DNA of 64,000 nucleotides from Lingula anatina. Taxonomy: Eukaryota; Animalia; Brachiopoda. A program made the translations under genes and the position numbers. Below are positions 25,459-37,138 of this stretch, piece after piece. The notes beneath the pieces were generated by a model. It worked only from the letters and a program-made list of their open reading frames with translations. It did no database searches and was not told the DNA's origin. Each line of letters starts with the position of its first letter. Positions within the stretch are counted from its first letter, which is position 1. The stretch is taken from positions 10,664,001 through 10,728,000 of the forward strand of contig CM120643.1 in the NCBI GenBank assembly GCA_051362555.1. Reading direction: 5' to 3'.

Positions 25459-28400
25459 AGACTTTCTTCACTATAAGGAATTTTTGCAGACAAAAACATT
25501 ATATCAGAAAAATATCTCAAAGAGAAAAGATATCTTTGGCACCTTTCCTAAAACTAGCTATAGGGATGCAAACAGGCCCAAATTGAGGATAATTTCAAGC
25601 AGAGCACCCCTCAATGATGTCATTTAAGGCAAATTACAGGTGTCTTCTCACCGCAAGACACAAAAGCCAAGCTCCACAAATGCTACACACAACAAGTGGG
25701 CATTGAAACACAGACAAACTGCCTAGTCATCATGGCAGGCAGGGAAACTGCATACTTTTCTGGTAATTTAGAAATACCTGACATGTTGGGGTAAATACTT
25801 GAAGATGCTCCTTTTATGACGTTTGGTACTGCATACATGTTTGGGAGATATGCTCTTGTGACTTAATGAATTGCTGGTTTGAAGACAGTGGCTTGATACA
25901 GTCAAGAATTGACAAAAAAAAAAAAAAAAATCAGCAAATCACTCACATTCACAAGATTGACACCTAAATTTGACAAAAGGCTAGTACACATTTAGTGCTT
26001 TTGTATACTTGTTGAGTATTTTCAACACAATCAAGCTTTACTACTCTAAATGAAAAACTAACTCAAATGTTACAATGCTTTTTCAGAAATATTCTTCAGT
26101 AGTGACTATTCTAAAATGAAATAATTTTTTTTCAATTTCTATTTCTTGAAAAAAAAAAATCACTGGATTCAGTTACCAGTCTAGCCTACCTAACCACTCT
26201 GACACTACTGAGTATTACCTCAACAGAACTGAGAGCATAATAATCCCCTATCAATGCCTATACCCCATAGTCAGCTCTTAATCTAAATTTTAACCTCACC
26301 ATTCTATGAAAGAAACAGTAGAATCAATCATCTTGTCAAATACTATATAATAAGAGATTCAGTTTGTCAGTTACACAACATGTAGTACATATAGACATTG
26401 ACATACTGGAGTGCAAATATCTCTGAACTTCACAGCTGCTGTGAATAAACTTAACTATAGGAACTGTCACTAACACAGCTGAAGAAATTCTTCCCTATAT
26501 ACAAATTGATAAAAGAAGTAAAAGAAGCATGACATTTCCTCCCTTCACTTGTGCTTATGTATTGCCAGGGTATTACATGTTCATAAATTATCCATGTTCT
26601 GCAATGTGATAAAATATGTTTGTGTTGTACTTGTGCATAGTGCAAGGTAATTATGTATTTTTTAATGTACACATACATGTACAAGTGAGTGTACACATGA
26701 GTGTGTTTGTGTAAAAGTAGTATTCCAGTTTACTTCTTTTGTTTTTTGTATTATGTGCTTACTTATCTCCCAAGTCTAATAAAACATTAAAAAAAAAATG
26801 CCCATGGTTTACCAAAAGACCTTGATTACTAAGTGACTTGTTGATGTGAGCTCTTCTTACAATAATTACATAAGAGATGACAAAAACCTATTTTACAGTA
26901 TGTACAAGCTACCTAAAATTACCAAACAGTTAAAACCTATTTGGTCGTATATGTCAGTTACCTTAACAAGGAGACAAAACAGGAACAGGTCCATCTTCAC
27001 CTCCTCTCTCGACTCTTCTAATCTCATATGAGGTTATCATATCATAGTCTTGCAGGAGAGGAGAAGAGAGAGAGAGGAATCAAGATAAAGTCAGTCACAG
27101 AACAATGCCTCAGATGACAGTCCTAGCTGTTATAAGCTAGGTCAAGAGGTGTGAAATCACATGGCCCATCGTATCCTGGCCTCAGGTTACTGAGCAGAGC
27201 AAAAGGACCAGAGCACTGACCGGTTTTACAGGAAAAAATTTCAGATTTTGGTCTCCTTTTCAGTTTAAGACAAATTCGCAGCAATCCAATTGAACAACGT
27301 ATCCACAGGTCTGCAACATATGCCACATTTTTTTTGTATTTTTTTTGTAAGGTGTAATCTCTTACCTAATTAGACTACTTGTGAAGTATCTTGTAATGTT
27401 TCGATCTAAAAGATTTCACAGTTTTCTGGTTAAAGTAATTTTGTAAAAAAACTTATAAGAACTTGCGCTTTGTTTCACAGAACAAAACTTAAAACAAAGA
27501 CTGCTCTTAACTTTCAGACCAAAAATTCTGTACTTACTGCGACCCAATATATATCAGTAATAGCTTACTAATTAAATAAAATATTGTGTTTTATATAAGG
27601 GAAGAAATGGCTACTATTTATGATTAATATCTACATTACTTTAGAGGAACATAATAAATTTATCCTGAATTTGAGTTCTAGATTAATTCAAGTCTAAAAG
27701 CCCCAGAATTGAATATTATTCATAAACAATTATAAAGGGGCCAATTGGGTTTTTAGATCTGGCAATACAGAGGAAGATTCAGTATTTTATTTTCTCTATT
27801 TTTTAAAATTAATTATTATAAATAAATATACTCTTTTTTTTTGGGGGGGGGGCAGGGGAATCTTTCTACATATCCCAGCTTAAATGCTTTTTTAATGCCT
27901 TAAGACACACAGGGAGGGTCAAACACCTCTTGTGATTTATTCTACTTTCTTTTGCTCCAACTTTTATGACCTGACAGATTTTTTTATCAAATTTGTGTAC
28001 CAACTCATTCTTAGTCAACTCGTTGCAACAAGCTTGATTCAAGTGTGTATTAGTCATAGAATAATCAATAAAAAAAGTAGAATTATACTTTATTTTCACA
28101 AACTACTCAACCGCGTGTTTCAAATTTGAAAACAACTCCCTGCCAAAGATCTTTCACTAGTCTACAACATTGTTATTGGTGATTTCCTCAGGCTAATAGA
28201 CCACTGGGCAGTTTTACCTGTCCCAAAGTCTCCAATGGTTTACCGAAAAGGCCAAGATACTTCATACTTGTGGGCAATACGTGGTACCAGTAAGAGATAA
28301 ACTGATCTTATCTTGGCACTTCTTGGTCCTTGGTTTTCAGTCACCTGAGCTGCACCGCGGCCATAATCTGGAATCTCTGTCTAAGTTTTCTGATGGAAAT

Positions 28401-29209
28401 GATAAGATTCAGTATTAGCTGGAAGGAAAACCTGTCAACAATATTTCTTGTTGGCAGATTCAGACTTCTGAGAAGGGAATTGGATAGCGTATAATTCATA
28501 AATCTGCTGAGAAGCAAGCCAACTGTCTATTCTATTGATATCTTAATTTACTCATCTGCTCATCAAATATTATTCAATTATCTATTTGTGTTTGTTTGTT
28601 TAAACTTATTAATTTATCTATCCGTCTACTGGTCATTTAGGTCATCTTCCTCTTCAGTCACTGATTCAAGAACCCCTCGTCATGCTTGATGGATCTTAGA
28701 TTAATTAATTGATTGATAGGCTGATTGATTTACTTGTTTATTCTGTCACTCATTCATCTATCCGTATAGTCACTCATTCATTCATTCATTCATTCATTCT
28801 TGCAATAACATCACCAGTGGGGGGAAAAAAGTCTGTGAATAATGCTGTTGATGCTGAGAACACTGTCACAGCTTCTGTGATGGAGAGATAAGACCTGGTG
28901 TCACCAACTGCTTGCTACAGGCAAACTACAGCGAGAGCTGTCTTGATAGTTGTGATTAGTGGCAAAACAAGGAGGCGGATCGCAGTAACCATCCCCTACC
29001 TCTTCCATAAAAATGTGATAATGGTTATATGTAGACGTACCGTACACCCACATATGTTCTTACACACGGAAGCATGTGCACTCATTCATAAACATGCACA
29101 TATACATAATTTTATGTCTATAGGCCAGAAAATGTACATTGTTAATCAAAATTTGAACCATGTTCTATATTATTTCTTTAGATGGCTCAATTTAAGGTAC
29201 ACTTTATCA

Positions 29210-29251
29210 GAAAAAGACACCCCCCATCTGAAATTTCTGGCTACAGGTCTG
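29210..29251. mobile_element. Relic right end of the MITE family seen at 48239-48402
   Basis: aaaaagacaccccccatctgaaatttctggctacaggtctg aligns with aaaaagaaccccccttttgaaattgttggctacgggcctg. Confidence 0.5.
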
Positions 29252-29443
29252 AAAATACTATCTAAGAAGCATTTGGAAGAACTGGCTGCTTGGACACATT
29301 TTTAATGGTCTCTCCATCCCATCTTATCTGGCACTTTCTTAAGATGATGTTTTTGCCACTAGCCACGAATGTGAAATAATTTAGAACAGTAAATTGTAGG
29401 AATAAGAATGATCCCATCTAATTAATACCTAATTAACACCCCC

Positions 29444-29516
29444 CTGAAAGAATGTAAGAGACATTTCTTTGAAAAAAATCCACTTTTTCAAATAAATGTC
29501 TCTTACATTCTTTCAG
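29444..29516. repeat. 73-nt near-perfect inverted repeat (hairpin)
   Basis: ctgaaagaatgtaagagacattt pairs perfectly (23 bp) with aaatgtctcttacattctttcag; after one mismatch a further 9 bp (tttgaaaaa/tttttcaaa) close a 7-nt loop. Confidence 0.92.
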
Positions 29517-30182
29517 TCACAAAACTTCCAAAATATTTCAAAACTTGTCACCTTCCTTCACACTTCTCTTACCTCAACAACATCAGACCACTTCAATCTC
29601 TTCACAGTGTTTTCTCTAGTATAGTCCTATAACATACAAGACAAGTACTACTGATAGGTGACAGGTATGGACAGGTGCTTGTCACCTTGGTGTGGTGACG
29701 CCTGACCCTGTCATTCGCTTCAGAAGTTAAGGAAACAAGGCAGACCCCTTCCTAGGTCAGGTAAGGATGTTTCCTTTAGGTTTATTACCATTATTATCTT
29801 TCATAAAAGGTCCTGTAATCATTTACTGTCCTCTAAAACACAATCGGCAAGGGCACAGAAGGTAACTTTTGAAGTCAAAAGAGATACCTCGATGTTTATC
29901 CCCTTGAAATTAGCAGTGCAGTGTCACGACAGGTGACAAGAGTTTATCAGTGTTTGTTGGCAGATAAATGACAAGTAGAATTCTTGACTTTGTTTTGACT
30001 TAATTTTGTTTAGGTTTTATCATTTGGCAAAACTTCATCCAAGCATGGGCCAAAGGTGGGCGGTGAGGAGGGAGGGGCAGGGGGGGGGGGCAAGTTCCTC
30101 AGAAAACTGGGAGTCACTTCTTTTAAAGTTGAACTTAAAATTGACAGAATGGACTGGGCAAACTAAATGTTGTTTAAATGCA

Positions 30183-30222
<40 letters not shown>

Positions 30223-32072
30223 ACCCCTCCCCCACACACACAACAATTTTTGTATTATTGCAGATCTATCTGACATGATTTATCTGTTCCGTCAAATGTT
30301 TTATTATCTAGCGAACCTTGTCTTTATTAACACTAGTCATCACAATGATCTCCACCTGATAGTCTCATTTTTTACCTCCACCTTGCCACCTGAGGCAAAT
30401 AGAGGTGATTGACTTTGAGGACAAGAATCATGCAAATAACCATAATGATGTATTTTAGCATCTTTAATCATAATCTATGGCATAAAATCACAAAAAAATC
30501 TTTGTGTGACAGACTTCAGTTTTCGTCTCTATTTCAAATATTATTTTGGCCCCCTGAGGCATAAGAACAAGCAAATCGCACCAAAAGGCACTAACCGTAA
30601 CTTAGATGTTTTTTTCCTCATCTTTAAAACTATCATTCAACATGTCAAATAAGAAACATAATTTGCAGTTAGAATCTTGGTTACTCTTCCACATCCTTTT
30701 GATACTTGTGGGAAAATGCAGTCTGTGGGAGTTTCTCTAATTTTAAATGAATCTCTGTCTGGGGTCTCCTTCCATGATGCTTAAAAACTCCTTGTCTCAA
30801 GATGTGTATTGCATCATTTCAGAATTAAACTAAAAGCAAAACAAGGTTACTTTTGTAAATTCTTGGCTGGTTTTGTTCAGGATTTTTTTCCTCAAAAACT
30901 TTGTGATTTGCACTGAGTTAAAAATTCCCATCTCCTGCACAATTTCAATACTAGCTATTAAAAGAAAAAGAAAAAAAATTCTTATTCCCAAGCACATAAC
31001 CCCCAAGTGTACAAAATGCAACTCCTAGCTACCAATTTTCTAAATGTGTATTATATATTTTATGTCTCTTGTGAAACATTTGTATCCTCTTTGTTACAGT
31101 TCACAAGAATGAAAAATTGTCTCACTGCATTATTGCACAGCTATGCTGCTCAAAGGATTGGGGGGGGGGGGGCGAAACAGAGAGAAAACGTGAATAGGCC
31201 TATGATAAAATTTTCCATGTCTGGCCCATAAAAAGCTTCCTTGCACAATATCAACTTTTTCAAGTTTTAATAATTTACACATGGTAGTGTTAAATTATAA
31301 ATAAAACAGTCATCAATTAATAACAAAATTGCCTGATTTTGATTACAAATCAAAGCAGGCTTATATAGTTTGTATAGAGGAATGAAACCATGACTGAACT
31401 GAGAGTATTGCATAGTGCAGATACTAATAAATGTTTTTAATTACTGCTTCAGAGGTAAATGCATTTGTTTACCATAAAAAAAGAAGCTTTGTTAACAAGT
31501 CACACAAATCTGAAGTTTTAAATCATTTAACAAACAATTAGGAAACACATAGACAGCCATAAAGCTACCTGACTGAGCATAAATCTTTTTTCAGGAAATC
31601 AATTTATCAAGTTTCCCACAAGGGACTAATATAATTACATGCATACTTACCCTTATAGTCTCAGTGGGGTTTTGAATTTCAATCAAACCTGATTTCATAC
31701 AGTAACTGCTTATAGAACATGGGCATTAGCACATTATTGAGTGCTAAGTGATGTTTATTTAATTAATTAATGCTGAAAAGTCCCAAAACAATTAGATGTA
31801 GTAGTAGACAAAAAGACATTTCATCAAAAATCGAAAATAATTTAATAAGAAAACATCACTTCCCTAATGATTGCTAATTTGGTTATGATTCAGTTTCTTC
31901 TTTTTTCATCATTTTTCTTCCTATTATTCCTCAATCATAAGGTATATCAGATGGTTTTCAATCGATCACTAGTTAGACTGGGGTGGGGTGAGGGTGGAAA
32001 GTAAAACAAACATCTAAAATTACTAAAACACATTCAAGTCACATCATTTCTAAATGCATTTCCACCCCACCC

Positions 32073-32111
<39 letters not shown>

Positions 32112-32407
32112 CTGTCTTGCTTAACTGTCTTTAAGCCCTTGGATTCATCTGATGTCACCCCAAACACAGGTATACTGCATGGCTGAGAATTCAGCTTAAC
32201 AACAGGGAAACACGTGGGTTCCCTGGTCTAGTTCCCAAATTTCTACAGAAGCATGACATGGCCATACATCACAAATACATTCAGGTGGTCCGTTTTCAGT
32301 GCCTCTCTCCCCTCCCCTCCTCTCCCCTCCCCTCCACCTTTGGTCATTGTTAGTAGCTATCAAAAATCTACACTTTTCCCAATTCAAGGTAAAAGATGTC
32401 AAATCTG

Positions 32408-32554
32408 GGCTCTGTAACCCGAAAGCATCACGTATGGCGAATAGCGATATCACACAGAGGTTACAATGTATATATATGGGGCGAGTAAGGGCGAGTTATG
32501 GAATCGAGTCGCTTGCGCTCGGTCGCAATGCGCGATGCTTCGAGTTACAGGGCC
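32408..32554. mobile_element. PIF/Harbinger-like MITE with CTG target duplication
   Basis: Imperfect TIRs ggctctgtaacccgaaagcatcacgtatggcga / tcgcaatgcgcgatgcttcgagttacagggcc; ctg at 32405-32407 and 32555-32557; CpG-rich relative to its surroundings. Confidence 0.7.
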
Positions 32555-33319
32555 CTGTTCATTACCCTTGGTCCCCTTCTGGGAACCCCTGTCTCATTAC
32601 CACATACTGCTAACAGGTACACCCACTCTTTTTTTATTATTGACAGCCCAGCGACAGCGTTATCTCTCAGTAACTTGACTTTCAGGCTGTCTGCATTTTA
32701 ATCTTGTTTTCAGACAGACAGACATAGTTTTCAATACAAACTTGTCTGCAAAACTCGACTGTATGTAATGGATGTGGCGCTGTTCTTCATCCCTGATATC
32801 TGTTTTATAGTTCAAAACTATGCATCTTTCGAAAAAAAACACGTTTTCCCCTTAATATCATTTCTTAATGATTTTAAGTTGGGAATTAATAATCACTATT
32901 TCATTACTTCCTACAATCCTGATGATAAAAAAAAACCGGTAATAAGTTCATAACTTTGATCAATGACCACTTACACAAATAAAACTTTACCAGAATATTG
33001 ATCACAATCAAGAAGTGTTTATAAAGGCTGATCAAACCATCCCCCCAAAACAACTGTTTTCAATATCAACAAGATCACGTATAATCTCCATTATACATCC
33101 ACACCAGATCAAACAACTTGTTTTTCCGATACAACACAAAGCCAATACAGCCTGGGTGACCTGACGGTTCCAGTTGCTTGCAGGGACATTTCTTTAATTG
33201 TGGAATTCTCACTGGTACCCTTCCTCTAAAGCAATGCTCCCACTTGTATTAAAATCAATCCTGCATTCCATTCAGACTCTTATCTGTATCACTGAACCTA
33301 GACTTGAACAATCCAATAA

Positions 33320-33350
<31 letters not shown>

Positions 33351-35054
33351 ATAGATATTCACACCCCAATATACGTAATTTTTTTCTGATCAATTTTGGT
33401 TCACTGACTTGAATTCTAACAAAATTCCTTTTTTAAAAGAAGCCCTAAAATCCCTAAAGAAAAAAACCTATAGTTGGGACATTTTACCTGTAATTCTTGC
33501 TGCATTGCACATACATTCAGTCATCTTGCCCCACCTATGTCAGCTCTGTGACTAGGACCATAAAACCAGACTCAGACACATTTAAAATACCTATGGCACC
33601 TGTTAAGTGATCTAAATCACGTATTGGGTTCTTTCCTTGAACCTTGCTCACTGATACATTTCTATCAAAAATTTCCCTTAAATGTGTCATTGATAGATTT
33701 TACTGATTCTTTGATGTTAGTGCCTACAGTGAGAAAATGTTATCAAACAATTTCTGTAGATTGTTTAAATTTTGAACCATCTGGACACACCTCAAGTCAG
33801 CTCTCAGATGAGGACAGCATTCCCTGAATCTGAATATCTTTGATCATTTTTAAAAAATTAGATTATACATTTATATGTATGCAAGTAACATTCAATATCT
33901 CTTCATTCATAAAATTCTCACAAAATCATCCCTCCCCCCCCCCCAAAAAAAAAAAAAAAAAAAAAAAAAATCAGCATTAAAATCCTATCATAATGATGAG
34001 CAGATGACTATACTGGCTTACCTGGCAGTCCTTGTAGCAGCACATGCTTTCAGGCAGTCAAATGACCCCACCTTGTGGCCCCTTTCATTCAGGTTCTCCT
34101 CATTCACAGAACTCTCACAAAATCCTCTCTCAAAAATCCCACACCAAAAATCCCTATTACGTACAAACAGTCATCACATTTTACCTGGAAGTCCTTAGCA
34201 CACGTGCGAACTTTCGGAAAGTCAACCGACCCCACCTATTTCCGATCAGCTCTCAGACTCCAACGCAGCTCGATCAGAGCGTGATCACAAACAGCCCACC
34301 GCATTTCACCTCCCAATCCTTAAACCACCTGTTAAGTAAACAAGCAATCTCCAGCGACTGTACTTAGTGCATACCACAGGTAAACCTGGGCCACCAGAGT
34401 TTCCCACAGCACATAATACCTCCTACCTGGGACTGATCAATAATTCTGGTCCCCCTTCTTATCTCAGTTGCCCTCCTGTATTGAAGCAGGCAAGTTTAAG
34501 TACACTTCTGTGTCTGCTTGCTCACATGCAAGTATGTATACATGTGAAGACTTAAGTTCTGTGAGTCTTTTGTTTGCAGTTGAGGTTTAGAAGTTCTGGT
34601 TCTGTACTGCTCTTGTAGAGTTTTTTTTTTCACAACTTGTATTACAGAGAATTTCTGGGATTTGAAACGAAAAAATCGTCTTCAGAAAAATTTTCAAATG
34701 ACTTCAACAATTTTTTTTTACCTGTCAACCATCTACCTACAGGGCTATAAACACCTGTACAAAAATGTCATGGAAAACATTCCGAAGACTCTTTTTTCTT
34801 TTCTGGGAACATTCATATATATTTGATCACCTTCTTGTTCTTGCAAATTTGGTATAAAATAAGTCCTTCGGCTAATACACAATATAGTGACCCTAGTAGG
34901 ACCAGACACATGTATTAACTCCCCATTCCCTATTATCTACTTTGACATAAAAATAGTGTGCTTTTCAGTGATACCAGAGATAGCTAGGGGATTTGCCTTT
35001 GTTTGGGCAGTCTCTTCAAACAGTCTCTTTTAGCCATCTATGAGTTTGAGCCAG

Positions 35055-35400
35055 AGACTAAAGAGACAAAGGGCACTGTGGGCTGATACACATACAATCT
35101 TTGTGTGTTCAGCAGGTCTGGCAGGGAATCTCTCCTCACCCTTGCCCTCGCTGAGCAAGTAATCTCTTTCTTTCTCCTCCAGTATTAAAAACCAGCCGTG
35201 GCCTGAGCAGACAAAAGGCAGGATCTATACGAGAGCTATAGACCTCTCCTTTGTGTATCCAACTTGGCTGGCTGGCAGGCCCCTTTTCTCTCAGCTTTCA
35301 TGTTTTAAAGCCGGAGCCGCAGCAGACAAAAGGCAAGATCTATAACCCCATTCTTTGTGTGTGTGTGTGTGTGTGTTCAATGCGGCTGGCAGGCAGGCAT
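35055..35400. repeat. Degenerate ~115-bp tandem repeat (2-3 copies)
   Basis: agcagacaaaaggca(g/a)gatctata at ~35206 and ~35321; ctttgtgt...ctggcagg three times. Confidence 0.55.
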
Positions 35401-36829
35401 ATTGACACCAAAGCAAGAGGAACAGTCTCGACCCTTCAAATATTGAGTTACCTGCACGGGCTGCTCAGGTGTTTCAGCTTGGTTGAAACTTGCAAAATAC
35501 AATAACACATAGAGCTTACATAGCAAGATGACAACACTGCCCTCTCTTTAGCTGATTTATCCATCTTAGTTAAGGACTATTTAATTTCTTGATTTGGCTT
35601 TTTTTTTAAATATATCACTTCTGACTAAACATTTTTCTATACAACCTCAATCTTTCTGATACTGGTTTACTTATTACTCAAGAGTAGCATCAAAAACTTG
35701 CAGAATCTGAAAAAAAAAGTATTACTTCCAACTTAAAAATTTAAAACAGTTCTTTTCATACTGTAAAATACCAAATAGAATCCTAACCAAACAAAAGAAA
35801 ACAAATATTTGTGAGCGTGAGTACAATCTGAGTAGTTCAGAAATACTTAAATAATACTTGCACATATTTCACAAAACACAGGCAAAAATGTAATCTAATG
35901 GTGAGGGCAAGAAAAAGAAATCAGTTCTCTCAAATATTGATTTACCTGGGTGACTCTGGTGCCCAGTTTGACATAATACTTTTGATAAAAACAAAAAACA
36001 ACAATGAGTTGCTGCTTAATTTTCTCTTAATCTGAATCTCAAAAGTAAAAAAAAAAAAAAAAGGTCTAACTTCAGGCACAGAAACTTGATTGCAATACCC
36101 TGCTATTGCTTGCTGCTAAGACCTATTACATGTTTTGAATTATGCATCATCTGGAAAGGCAACAGAGTTCAAACCTTCTACAATATTAATCTCAATGCAA
36201 TATGAAGAGCCTTAAAGTAAAACACTTAAATGGCTAAAGCGCATCAACAGAAAACCACACCCATGGCATAGGTCATGGATTTCAAATGGCTTTGCCACAG
36301 CGATGTCCTCTGTAATTTTATCCCTTAAGCAGAAATCTATCCCGCCCTAGACACCTTAATTCTGGCAAATTCAATTGCTGTGTCAGGACTCCAGAGACAC
36401 GTTTCAGCCATTGTCAAGAAACATCGTCTGCTCACAGCTTTTCCTTTTGAGTGACAGGTTATTCTCTTTTACCTGAAGTTTGTTCAGCTGGAATTCAAAT
36501 GGAAAACCTAGCTACCAGTGTGAGAAGCGAGACGCATTGCATGCCTTGCGCAGGTAATAGCTGTCCAGTTTTTAAGTAGCTGTTTACATGCAAAAACCAT
36601 TCTGATAGAAAAATACTGAGCTCCAGTTGTTGTCCCAGCTGATTTAACTGATAACAATTTGCACAGGTCGAGAAGAGAGAGACAGAGAGAGTTTCAAGAT
36701 ATAGTTTACTGTGCATGTGAGTGAGAGATTTTCCAGTTGCATCTCAACATCTGCAGACTTCATATTGATATAAACTATAGATCTGTTCTTTTAAAAAATT
36801 GATTAGTGTAAAAACTCTGAACATGTGAC

Positions 36830-36864
<35 letters not shown>

Positions 36865-36948
36865 TCTACTGCTGCAGAAACATATAAGACACTTCAACCA
36901 ACGTGCCACTGCAAAATTCCAAAACTCCCCAGTTCCCACCTCACTTAC

Positions 36949-37138
36949 CAGCTCTCCATTGCCCTTTCCCCCCTTTTCATCTGCAAAATCATTCTTTATA
37001 ACAATAGCGAAGGCAGCACTTTTTGCTGCCAGCATGTTTTGTTTCGGCCTGCCATTGGTGCTGTTGTCGAATTGTTTTTCTGAAGCAGCTGTTCCGTTAT
37101 TGATTATAGAATTGACAGAGTCTGTGTCAAGGTACCAC
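36949..37138 (-). other. Candidate leader exon (190 nt) with open frame and in-frame ATG at 37035
   Basis: Strong donor CTG|GTAAGT; acceptor attctttcacacag| (or a first exon extending further); caaaacATG context; encodes MLAAKSAAFAIVIKNDFADEKGGKGNGEL up to the donor. Confidence 0.45.

Noticed and set aside
28898-29305. 135-aa plus-strand ORF
   Set aside because: Non-ATG start; runs through CA-rich sequence and a MITE relic; no protein-like features.
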